Of a stretch of DNA of 64,000 bases, positions 56,097 to 64,000 are shown one piece after another (position 1 is the stretch's first letter; every line of letters starts with the position of its first letter). This DNA comes from Candidatus Staskawiczbacteria bacterium (GTDB lineage Bacteria; Patescibacteriota; Minisyncoccia; Minisyncoccales; Staskawiczbacteraceae), in assembly GCA_903885445.1 (NCBI GenBank), contig CAISIO010000020.1, positions 55 to 64,054 on the forward strand, in the 5' to 3' direction. The notes beneath the pieces are model-generated. The model saw only the letters and a list, made by a program, of their open reading frames with translations, was not told the origin of the DNA and made no database searches. A program made the translations under genes and the position numbers.

Positions 56097-59084
56097 ATGG
56101 AGAAGTTGAGTGTTCCAGCGCTTTCAATTTTGGCAGGAATTATTTTTGCCGGTATTTTTTGCGCCGGCGTTTATGTCCTTGCTTCAACAGCCGGAGTTGA
56201 TGCATATTTTACTCCTGGAGCTACTTTGAACCCGACTTGTACGCCGGGTTCAACTTATTGCACGGTCACTCCGCCGGTTAGCACGTCTTTTTCTTCTGAC
56301 GTTTTAGGTTCCGGTAATTTTTCTACAACAGGAACATTTCACGCAAAAGTAAACGGCACAGGGTATTATGCCGGTGACGCTGATCAGGCTAGTATTTATT
56401 ATGATGGATCTGTTGGCAATCTGGTTATTAATCCCGGGAATGGCGCCAATATATTGACATTAGGAAAAGGAGACCAGGGGACCCTTAAACTAAAGTTTAG
56501 CACAGACAGCACGACGGGAATAATTACATACGTGGATGATGCTGGGCCGTATTTTACTTTTAACAACGATATTAATTTGCTTTCGCATAATTTAACCACA
56601 ACCGGTAAGGGGACGTTTAATACCTTGAAAGTTGGGAGCTCATCGGGAATTATGTATGTTGCGAGCGGAGATGTCGGCATGGAGACAGTATCTTTGCCCC
56701 TTTCTGAAACTGGAGGAACTCTTTCCATGAACCAGGCATCATCAGGAAGCGCGGGGTATCTTTCTTCTTCTGATTGGATTAATTTTAATAACAAAATATC
56801 ATCATCAAATTATGCCGGCATGTCTTCGGCTGGCATACTTTCCTCCAGCGATTGGACGACGTTCAATAATAAATTATCATCGTCAAATGTGGCTAGCTCT
56901 TATTCGGCTGGCATACTTTCTTCCAGTGACTGGACGACGTTTAATAACAAATTATCGGCAGGGTCTACGGCCAGTCAATATAATGCTGGTGTTCTTTCTT
57001 CCAGCGATTGGCTAATTTTTAATAATAAATCGTCCGGTTATTCAATTCTGGCCCCGCTTATTTCCGGCGCCGGCCCCTCAATTTCTATTGGGCAAGCCAA
57101 TTCCTACAATGACGGTTATCTCTCTTCTGTGGACTGGAGTACGTTCAACAGCAAGCTATCTGGTTTGAGTCCCACCAGCCCGCTTTATTCAACGGGTAGC
57201 GGTGACATTAGAATTTATCAAGCCAATGGAACTGGCACAAATGGCTATCTTTCTTCAACAGACTGGAGCACGTTTAATAACAAATTATCGGCAGGGTCTA
57301 CGGCCAGTCAATATAATGCTGGCATACTTTCTTCCAGTGACTGGACGACGTTCAATAATAAATTATCATCGTCAAATGTGGCTAGCTCTTATTCGGCTGG
57401 CATACTTTCCTCCAGCGATTGGACGACGTTTAATAACAAATTATCGGCAGGGTCTACGGCCAGTCAATATAATGCTGGTGTTCTTTCCTCCAGCGATTGG
57501 ACGACGTTTAATGGCAAGGCATCCGGGTCAATTATGGCTAGTTCGTCTAATGCTGGCGTTCTTTCTTCCAGCGATTGGAGCACGTTTAATGGGAAAGTGT
57601 CCTCTTCAACCCTTGCGAACTCGGTTACAGCGGGCCTCCTCACGTCCTCTGACTGGACGACGTTTAATGGTAAGGTGTCTCTGTCAACCCTAGCCAGCTC
57701 GTCTAATGCTGGTGTTCTTTCCTCCAGCGACTGGACGACGTTTAATGGGAAAGCAGCATATTCATTTGGAGCGAATTCTTTTTCCGGCTCTGGAGATTTC
57801 ACGACAACCGGAAAAGTTACAGCGGGTACGATTATAACAGGAGTAAGAGCCGGTCTTTCTGATTTTGCCTCGCTTTCACCGGCTGATGGAGCCATGATGG
57901 TTGATTCAGGAGACGGCGGAAGAGTTTACTTCAGGTATGGAAGCGCGTGGCATTATATAGCTCAAACAGCAGGTTTCCAAATACCTGACTTTGAAACAGT
58001 AGATCCGATTTCGGGAGGCAAAATGCAGGAAGGAGATATTGTTATGGGGCAAGTTGACAATACGTTGGGAGATGGAGCTTTGCACGGAGTTTGGGTAAAG
58101 TGGGACAGCGTTAAAGCGCAGTTATTGGCAGAGCTTAAAGGTGAAAATTTAAATAACGGAGCGTGGGGACAGGGGACTGTTGAGGGAGTTGACACAGTTT
58201 CTCTTTTAGACAAAGTAACAAACGCGCTTTTCTCGTTGGGAATAAGCATTAAAGATGGAATTACAAGTATTAAAGACCTTGCTGTGGAAAAATTTAGCGC
58301 CAAGGTGGCAAGGATTGATAAGCTGGAAATGGTTGATAAGGCAACTGGAGACATTTATTGTACTTGGGTTGAAAATGGCGATTGGCAAAAAGTGAAAGGC
58401 GGTTGCGGCTCATTGGCGGCTGCTGAAACCCAGCCGGTTGAACAGGCGGTTGGGCAGACTCAACTTCAAACAAATGTGCAGACCCAGCAAATAGTTGACG
58501 CGACAACTCAGCTTTTGCAGCAGGGCCAGCAGATATTACAGGATGCGCAAAAAACTTCCGAACAAAGTCGCCAGTTGATAGAAGCTGGCCAGCAGGTTTT
58601 GCAGAATGTAAAGAATGTGGCTGACGACGCAGCGCAAAAAGCAGTCCAGCAGGCAACAAGCCAGATTGAACAGCGGGTACAACAACAGGTCCAACAACAG
58701 CAGCCATCAGACGTAAACTCTGTGGCGGAAATAGCTGACATCAACGTCGCTTATGGCATCGTATTATCAGATATCAATCTTCCTGACAAGGTTATGGTCG
58801 CTTTGTCCGACAATACCGCGCAGGAGGTTGCCGTGGCTTGGGACACCGGAACGCCCGTTTATGATTCGCAAACCCCAGGAACATATGTTTTCTCTGGAAG
58901 CATTGCCCCTCCTTCGAATGCAACTAACCTTAACAACATAAAAGCAAGCGTGAGTGTGGTAGTTGCTGAAAACTTGGCAGAGGAAGAAGACGCTCCATCT
59001 GCGATTAATATCATTCAAAACGCGACGGCTTCTTTGATTAGCAATATGTCTGGTTTTATTAAATCGATAATGCTGGGCCGATAA
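56097..59084 (+). CDS. Membrane-anchored 995-aa repeat protein (tail-fibre-like GxLSSSDWxxFNxK repeats, Gln-rich coiled coil, Big_4-like Ig domain)
   Basis: TM anchor. There are 12 copies of G(Y/I/V/L)L(S/T)S(S/T/V)DW..FN(N/G/S)K. The Q-rich segment reads QQGQQILQDAQKTSEQSRQLIEAGQQVLQ. C-terminal EVAVAWDTGTPVYDSQTPGTYVFSGSI is Ig-like. Confidence 0.8.
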   Translation: MEKLSVPALSILAGIIFAGIFCAGVYVLASTAGVDAYFTPGATLNPTCTPGSTYCTVTPPVSTSFSSDVLGSGNFSTTGTFHAKVNGTGYYAGDADQASIYYDGSVGNLVINPGNGANILTLGKGDQGTLKLKFSTDSTTGIITYVDDAGPYFTFNNDINLLSHNLTTTGKGTFNTLKVGSSSGIMYVASGDVGMETVSLPLSETGGTLSMNQASSGSAGYLSSSDWINFNNKISSSNYAGMSSAGILSSSDWTTFNNKLSSSNVASSYSAGILSSSDWTTFNNKLSAGSTASQYNAGVLSSSDWLIFNNKSSGYSILAPLISGAGPSISIGQANSYNDGYLSSVDWSTFNSKLSGLSPTSPLYSTGSGDIRIYQANGTGTNGYLSSTDWSTFNNKLSAGSTASQYNAGILSSSDWTTFNNKLSSSNVASSYSAGILSSSDWTTFNNKLSAGSTASQYNAGVLSSSDWTTFNGKASGSIMASSSNAGVLSSSDWSTFNGKVSSSTLANSVTAGLLTSSDWTTFNGKVSLSTLASSSNAGVLSSSDWTTFNGKAAYSFGANSFSGSGDFTTTGKVTAGTIITGVRAGLSDFASLSPADGAMMVDSGDGGRVYFRYGSAWHYIAQTAGFQIPDFETVDPISGGKMQEGDIVMGQVDNTLGDGALHGVWVKWDSVKAQLLAELKGENLNNGAWGQGTVEGVDTVSLLDKVTNALFSLGISIKDGITSIKDLAVEKFSAKVARIDKLEMVDKATGDIYCTWVENGDWQKVKGGCGSLAAAETQPVEQAVGQTQLQTNVQTQQIVDATTQLLQQGQQILQDAQKTSEQSRQLIEAGQQVLQNVKNVADDAAQKAVQQATSQIEQRVQQQVQQQQPSDVNSVAEIADINVAYGIVLSDINLPDKVMVALSDNTAQEVAVAWDTGTPVYDSQTPGTYVFSGSIAPPSNATNLNNIKASVSVVVAENLAEEEDAPSAINIIQNATASLISNMSGFIKSIMLGR
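56750..57755 (+). repeat. Coding tandem/segmental repeats inside the 995-aa gene
   Basis: Units of ~75-80 bp encode the DW..FN motif. Blocks ~56830-57000 and ~57310-57480 are nearly identical at DNA level. Confidence 0.8.
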
Positions 59085-59117
59085 AATATCCTAATTATCT
59101 AAATCAGAAAACTTATA

Positions 59118-61265
59118 ATGCCCAAAGAATCGTCTTTTGTTTTAAAATTTTGCAGCCAGGTTATAAGATACTGCGTTTACGCGCTAATTTTTTTATTGCC
59201 TCTTTTTTTCTTGCCGTGGACTTCAGATGTTTTAGATTTTAACAAACAGGCGCTTTTACTTTTGCTCGGGTTTACGGCGTTGTTTTTTTGGATGGTTAAG
59301 GTTTTAGTCTCGGGAAAGCTTGAAATCAGATTAAGCAGGATGCATACGATTGTCGGGGCTTTATTTTTAGTATATGTTTTGTCCACCATTCTTTCCGCGT
59401 ACAGGTACGGAAGCTTTTGGGGTTGGCCGCAAATAACCTCGGAGTCTCTGGCCTCCCTGCTGGGCCTTGTGGTGTTTTATTTTTTGGTTAGCAATGTTTT
59501 CTCCAGAAGCGATATTTTTAAGTTTTTAATTATTCTTTCTGTTTCGTCTTTGATAGCCGAACTTGCGGCCGCGTTCCAATTATTCGGGTTATTTATTTTG
59601 CCTTTCAGCTTTGCTAAATCAGTCGCCTTCAATACAGTCGGGTCAATCGGCAGTTTGGGCATTTTATCGGCATCTTTGCTTCCCTTGTTTATTACTTTGC
59701 TCGTCGTGTCGAAAAAATGGTGGAGAGTCCTTTTTGCCTTCCAATTATTGGTTTCAGGGCTTTTGTTATTTTTTATAAATTATTCCATGGTTTGGTGGGT
59801 GGCAGCCGCAGGATGTTTTTTTGTTGTAATTGTAGGCATAATAAAAAGAAATGTTTTTGACGGCAGGTGGATGGCTCTGCCGATGTTTTTCCTGGTGATT
59901 TCATTGTTTTTTGCTATCTTTGGGTTGCAAACCGGTTGGCTAGCGCAAAGCACCAACGAAATTTTTCTTTCCTCAAAAACTAGCGCAGAGGTTTCTTTGC
60001 AAACAATAAAAGAAGCTCCGCTTTTAGGTTCTGGTCCGGGAACTTTCTCTTTTGATTTTTTAAAGTTTAAGAATGCCGATTTTAGCAAAACTTCCCTTTG
60101 GAATATTGTATTTGACAGAGCCGGATCAGAGGTTTTGACAGCCTTGGCGGCAATAGGCGTGCTCGGGTTTCTAGCTTTGCTCGCGCTAATTATACTTCCT
60201 ATTTTATATGGAACTAGGTTCCTTTTTTCAAGCGCGCAGGAAGAAATAAATCCGGAGAAAAACAATGACGTGTTGCGATGGATTTTGGCTCTTGGTTCGA
60301 CGGGCGTTTTATTTAGCTTGGGGGTCGCTTATTTCCTGTATAATTCAAATATTGTGTTAAGCTTCGTTTCTTTTTTAGTCATTGCCTGCCTTGTGTGCTT
60401 GGTTTCGGACAAGAAAAAAGAATATAAGTTAAAATATTCTTCTTTGACGACAATTATTATAACTTTTGGCATTACTTTTGTATTTATTTTTGGGCTTGGA
60501 GTTTTAATTATGGCGGGGCAAAGATATTCCGCAGAAGTCAGCTATTACGAGGGTCTGTCTAAATTAAAGCTTAACCAAATTGACGCCGGTATAAAAAAAT
60601 TAACGGAAGCTGCCAGCGCAAATCCTTCTTCTGATTTGTACTTCAGGCAATTATCGCAAGCATATCTTATAAAACTGCAGCAGGAAATGCAGAATGTAAA
60701 ATCTGGCATTAGCGTTGACGAAAAGAATAAAATCCAGGCTCTGGAGGCAAACGCTATAAACACCGCGAAAATAGCAACGGATTTAAATCCAAGGAGCGCT
60801 ACAGATTGGTCTGCGCGGGGATATGTTTACCAGAGTTTATTTGGGCTGACGGGCGATGCGGGCATTTGGGCGCTTAATTCTTATAGCACAGCGTTGAAAC
60901 TTAATCCAAACGACCCTTATTTATTTGCGCAGTTAGGAAACGTGAATTTGTCTTTAGCGTTACAGCTTCCGCAAAGCTCCGCGGCTCAAAAAGCCCCCTT
61001 GCTGGCGCAAGCAAAGGAAAAATTAGAAAAATCTTTGAGTTTAAATCCTAATTATTCAGACGCCATGTTTTATCTCGGCTTGGTTTACGATTCGTTGGGA
61101 GACAAAGATAAGGCAAAAGAACAATTTAATAAAGTCGCCCAGCTGAATCCGGGTAATAAAGACATTTTACAAATTTTGGACAATTTAAATAACGGCAAGC
61201 CGGCTTTGCAGCCCGCAACTTTGCCGCCAGCGAATCCGACGTCTTCAAAATTACCGGCTAAATAA
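59118..61265 (+). CDS. O-antigen ligase (Wzy_C)-like membrane protein with C-terminal TPR repeats
   Basis: At least 10 TM helices, the LLGSGPGTFSFDF motif after the large loop, and a C-terminal TPR pattern (ALKLNPNDPYLFAQLGNV, SLSLNPNYSDAMFYLGLVY). Confidence 0.6.
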   Translation: MPKESSFVLKFCSQVIRYCVYALIFLLPLFFLPWTSDVLDFNKQALLLLLGFTALFFWMVKVLVSGKLEIRLSRMHTIVGALFLVYVLSTILSAYRYGSFWGWPQITSESLASLLGLVVFYFLVSNVFSRSDIFKFLIILSVSSLIAELAAAFQLFGLFILPFSFAKSVAFNTVGSIGSLGILSASLLPLFITLLVVSKKWWRVLFAFQLLVSGLLLFFINYSMVWWVAAAGCFFVVIVGIIKRNVFDGRWMALPMFFLVISLFFAIFGLQTGWLAQSTNEIFLSSKTSAEVSLQTIKEAPLLGSGPGTFSFDFLKFKNADFSKTSLWNIVFDRAGSEVLTALAAIGVLGFLALLALIILPILYGTRFLFSSAQEEINPEKNNDVLRWILALGSTGVLFSLGVAYFLYNSNIVLSFVSFLVIACLVCLVSDKKKEYKLKYSSLTTIIITFGITFVFIFGLGVLIMAGQRYSAEVSYYEGLSKLKLNQIDAGIKKLTEAASANPSSDLYFRQLSQAYLIKLQQEMQNVKSGISVDEKNKIQALEANAINTAKIATDLNPRSATDWSARGYVYQSLFGLTGDAGIWALNSYSTALKLNPNDPYLFAQLGNVNLSLALQLPQSSAAQKAPLLAQAKEKLEKSLSLNPNYSDAMFYLGLVYDSLGDKDKAKEQFNKVAQLNPGNKDILQILDNLNNGKPALQPATLPPANPTSSKLPAK

Positions 61266-61287
61266 ACTAATTGCCGGATATTATAAT

Positions 61288-62214
61288 ATGAAAAAGTTGT
61301 TTTTAGCCTCATTTTTATTGTTAGGGATGTTTGGCTTTGCCAACTTTGTTTTTGGTATTACCGGTACAACTGGCTCCGTCGATAAATATGCCTGGTCAAA
61401 CAAGATAGGGTGGATAAATTTTGGATGTAGCGGATGTAATGTACAAATTACCAATAGCACTATTACCGGATATGCCTGGAATGAAAATTATGGCTGGATA
61501 AATTTAAGTCCGTCGCGCGGAGGAGTTGTTCATACAAGTTCGGGATTGCTTTCCGGGTATGCCTGGGGCGAAAATACTGGATGGATAAATTTCAGCGGAG
61601 CATCAATAAATACTTTGGGGCAGTTTACCGGTACGGCCGTTGGAGATATTGTCGCGACAATAAATTTTGCCTGTGGAAGTTCAGATTGCCCGGTTACAAC
61701 CGATTGGCGGCCAGAAAACATAACTGCTGTATCAAGCGGAGGATCCAACTCCAGCTATTCGCAATCCACGATGCCTACTATCCCCGCGCCCATACCAGTT
61801 GAAAACACGTCGATTGATAGTGCAAAATTAATCGTTCAGCTTCAGGAGCAAATTCAAGCCTTAATACAACAGGTAGCCCAGCTAAAGGCGCAATTGCAAA
61901 AACCTGCGACGGTTGGTTTGCGGACGGGCTCGTGCGAGGGAATAGCTTTCACTCGTAATTTAAAAATTGGCTCAACCGGAGCAGATGTAAAATGTCTGCA
62001 GTCAATTTTAAACAGGGATACGTCAACTCAGGTTGCCGCGACAGGGCCAGGTTCGCCCGGAAATGAAATTACGGTTTTTGGTTCAAAAACTTTGGCCGCG
62101 GTAAAAATTTATCAGGCGGCTAATGGCCTGACTCCTACAATCCAGGTGGGTCCGTTAACGAGAATTTTGCTTGAAATGGATTTATCAAGCGCCGGAGACC
62201 AAACAGATGAATAG
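61288..62214 (+). CDS. Secreted repeat protein with a C-terminal peptidoglycan-binding (PG_binding_1-like) domain
   Basis: Signal peptide. Three GYAW..N.GWINF repeats, a coiled coil, then GSTGADVKCLQSILN...FGSKTLAAVKIYQAANGL. Confidence 0.65.
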   Translation: MKKLFLASFLLLGMFGFANFVFGITGTTGSVDKYAWSNKIGWINFGCSGCNVQITNSTITGYAWNENYGWINLSPSRGGVVHTSSGLLSGYAWGENTGWINFSGASINTLGQFTGTAVGDIVATINFACGSSDCPVTTDWRPENITAVSSGGSNSSYSQSTMPTIPAPIPVENTSIDSAKLIVQLQEQIQALIQQVAQLKAQLQKPATVGLRTGSCEGIAFTRNLKIGSTGADVKCLQSILNRDTSTQVAATGPGSPGNEITVFGSKTLAAVKIYQAANGLTPTIQVGPLTRILLEMDLSSAGDQTDE

Positions 62215-62257
62215 CCTAAAACAAAAAATCCGCCGTTAAGCGGGTTTTTGTTTTGTG

Positions 62258-62328
62258 TCGGGGTATAGGGATTTGAACCCTAACTAAATCCACCCCATGG
62301 ACTCGTGCTACCGTTACACTATACCCCG
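62258..62328 (-). tRNA. tRNA-Pro (anticodon GGG)
   Basis: The reverse strand reads CGGGGTA-TA-GTGT-AACGGTA-GCAC-G-AGTCC-ATGGGGT-GGATT-TAGT-TAGGG-TTCAAAT-CCCTA-TACCCCG-A. 71 nt, 4 nt downstream of rpmB. Confidence 0.85.
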
Positions 62329-62332
62329 AAGA

Positions 62333-62521
62333 TTAAATTTTCGAGGTTCTTTTTATGCACTTAGCGCAAGCCAAAACTCTTTTACCTGAAAGCAACCTTA
62401 CCCATTGAAGATTAGGACGCTTCCTGACCTTAGTGGTCGGGTTGTATTTTCCCCTCAATTTAACAAGAACCGTATTCATTGAGGAATGTTTTTTACAAAT
62501 TGTGCAAATTTTTTCTGCCAT
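62333..62521 (-). CDS. rpmB: 50S ribosomal protein L28
   Basis: 62 aa, basic, with CxxC...C..C and the RPNLQWV motif typical of L28. Confidence 0.8.
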   Translation of the reverse strand: MAEKICTICKKHSSMNTVLVKLRGKYNPTTKVRKRPNLQWVRLLSGKRVLACAKCIKRTSKI

Positions 62522-62606
62522 GTGAATTAATTAGGTTAACAATAAAATCATAATACCATTATCTTTTCTTTTTTGCAATACGTGATATGATTAAGTAATA
62601 TATTAC

Positions 62607-63242
62607 ATGACAATAATTGGAATCACATTTTTTTCTCTGATTGTTTTGCTTTTTTCGGTGATAATTCATGAATTATCACACGGTTACGTTGCTTATTCGC
62701 AGGGAGATCCGACCGCAAAATACGAGGGGAGATTGACTTTAAATCCCTTAAAACATTTAGATCCTTTCGGTTCTATTATTTTACCCCTGCTTTTATTCGT
62801 TGCAGGAAGCCCGTTTTTATTTGGCTGGGCAAAGCCTGTTCCGGTAAATCCTTATAATTTTCGCGATAAAAAATTTGGAGATATGAAAGTCGCAATTGCC
62901 GGCCCGGCTTCAAATTTATTATTGGCAATTTTTTTCGGATTAATTTTAAGATTTATTCCCGACGCGATGCTTATGAGCAACCAAGGAGTAGCTCTGGCGC
63001 TAAGTTATATAGTGTCTATAAATATATGGCTGGCGATTTTTAATCTTATTCCGATTCCTCCACTTGATGGGTCTTGGATTTTATTTAGTTTTTTGCCGTC
63101 TAAAATGGAATACGTAAAAAACTTTTTAAGGCAGTACGGGATTGTCATATTGGTCTTATTAATTTTATTCGCGGGGTCCCTGTGGTTTACCATAACCGGC
63201 GCTTTATTCCAATTAATTACCGGACGCTTATTAACTTTATAA
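62607..63242 (+). CDS. Site-2 protease family (M50) zinc metalloprotease
   Basis: HELSHG is in the first TM region, followed by NLIPIPPLDGS. Confidence 0.85.
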   Translation: MTIIGITFFSLIVLLFSVIIHELSHGYVAYSQGDPTAKYEGRLTLNPLKHLDPFGSIILPLLLFVAGSPFLFGWAKPVPVNPYNFRDKKFGDMKVAIAGPASNLLLAIFFGLILRFIPDAMLMSNQGVALALSYIVSINIWLAIFNLIPIPPLDGSWILFSFLPSKMEYVKNFLRQYGIVILVLLILFAGSLWFTITGALFQLITGRLLTL

Positions 63243-63243
63243 A

Positions 63244-64000
63244 ATGAAGCGTATTCCAAAAATTATTATCATAGTCGGAGCAGTAGTTTTGATAGCAGTA
63301 TTTTATAGCATTTTTAAGTCTTTTGTGGTCGTTGAGCGCAGTAACTCTTATTTGCTAGACAGGATATTTGCCGGCGGTATTGTTTGGCGTTCTTCTCTAG
63401 ATCGGCCCGATAACAGGGTTTTCAAAGACAACGCCGATGGCACGGTTACTGACGAGTCTACTCACCTTATGTGGGCGAAAGACGGCAATGGTGCGGGGTG
63501 CAATAATGGGAAACTCCTTAACTGGTATGAAGCCACTAGTTTTTGCGACAACCTGACTTTCGCAAGCCATTCTGACTGGCGTTTGCCGACAAAAAAAGAA
63601 CTGGAATCGATTCTGGATTATACCGTCAGTGCCAAGGGCGCTGTTATAAATAAAGTACTCAGCATAGTTATAACTACCAAAAAGTATGAGAGTGTCGACT
63701 ATACTGGTGCCGGAACAGGAAAGTTTTACGATTCTAATTCTAGCTATTACTGGACGTCCGCTGTAAGCGCAAAAAACCATGAAAATGTTTGGAGTATAAA
63801 TTTTTGGGGTAATGTTATTCAAAATTATAACGAATGGAATCCTATTCCAAAAACCAGTAATTTTAATGTCCGATGCGTCCGTTCGGGGCTCGCAGATGCG
63901 CCTATTTATCCTGATAATCAGGTTTTCAAAGATAACGCTGACGGCACCGTATCGGATGAATCCACGCATCTTATGTGGGCAAAAGACGGTAACGGCGCGG
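63244..64000 (+). CDS. Partial CDS (runs off the window end): membrane-anchored protein with tandem DUF1566 (Lcl C-terminal/C-type-lectin-like) domains
   Basis: Manual translation from ATG 63244 is stop-free to 64000. It reads MKRIPKIIIIVGAVVLIAVFY...FKDNADGTVTDESTHLMWAKDG...SDWRLPTKKELESI...YYWTSA...NVRCVRSG. A second domain then starts with FKDNADGTVSDESTHLMWAKDG. It is missing from the track because it has no in-window stop. Confidence 0.75.
   Translation, partial: MKRIPKIIIIVGAVVLIAVFYSIFKSFVVVERSNSYLLDRIFAGGIVWRSSLDRPDNRVFKDNADGTVTDESTHLMWAKDGNGAGCNNGKLLNWYEATSFCDNLTFASHSDWRLPTKKELESILDYTVSAKGAVINKVLSIVITTKKYESVDYTGAGTGKFYDSNSSYYWTSAVSAKNHENVWSINFWGNVIQNYNEWNPIPKTSNFNVRCVRSGLADAPIYPDNQVFKDNADGTVSDESTHLMWAKDGNGA

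Noticed and set aside
56750-57755. Possible CRISPR-like or noncoding tandem array
   Set aside because: The repeats are in-frame coding units of one ORF, without unique spacers of constant length. No CRISPR array or cas gene is seen anywhere in the window.
56399-58707. Off-frame and antisense ORFs within the repeat protein gene (56399..56794-, 56812..57015+, 57202..57693+, 57464..57895-, 57962..58354-, 58294..58707-)
   Set aside because: They are generated by the periodic repeat DNA. The main frame gives a coherent 995-aa protein with an anchor, repeats, a coiled coil and an Ig-like domain.
63397-63969. 190-aa minus-strand ORF
   Set aside because: It is antisense to the stop-free plus-strand DUF1566 frame, which has clear family motifs (DWRLPT..EL, YYWTS, VRCVR).

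Overview
This is a low-G+C, gene-dense bacterial window with about 60 protein genes, 5 tRNAs, no rRNA, no CRISPR array and no recognisable integrase or transposase. The gene content resembles a Patescibacteria/CPR-type genome: very compact housekeeping genes, truncated ATP-synthase delta and epsilon subunits, many secreted repeat proteins, small CxxC zinc-ribbon proteins and DUF-type membrane proteins. That taxonomic reading is inference only. Gene order, left to right: partial Ala/Ser-rich surface protein; tRNA-Asn; YgjP-like peptidase and LUD protein; F-type ATP synthase operon atpBEFHA-(antisense minigene)-GDC; FtsB-like protein; tRNA-Gly; orphan 562-aa HExxH protein; tRNA-Thr; about 1 kb of G+C-rich ORF-poor DNA; prfB with its +1 frameshift; ftsEX; tRNA-Gln. 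Next come a two-gene A+T-rich islet (PD-(D/E)xK-like protein plus HEPN-like protein); a dockerin-bearing propeller protein; assorted small enzymes (AlkD-like, GNAT, PurD-like, SET, Tgt, Sod, HD); a 1015-aa FG-GAP protein; the Rrf2-nifS-iscU-mnmA cluster; and a CsoR-controlled copper/thiol-redox cluster ending in CopA plus three uncharacterised genes. The window finishes with G+C-rich pcp; surface and competence genes; a glycosylation cluster; a G+C-rich PEP-CTERM gene; a 995-aa tail-fibre-like repeat protein; an O-antigen-ligase/TPR protein; tRNA-Pro-rpmB; an M50 protease; and a partial DUF1566 protein. The best candidates for something new are: (1) the tRNA-Gln-adjacent nuclease+HEPN islet as a possible uncharacterised defence module; (2) the promoter-to-terminator G+C-rich structured region next to tRNA-Thr, a candidate large ncRNA or decayed element; (3) an ~82-bp palindromic repeat family sitting at the atpG and atpD stop codons, with a diverged copy in-frame inside mnmA; (4) several sharply bounded G+C-rich insertions (antisense minigene inside the atp operon, pcp, PEP-CTERM gene) indicating foreign DNA. 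All function calls rest on motifs I recognise by eye in the translations. No database search was run, and G+C statements are visual estimates.
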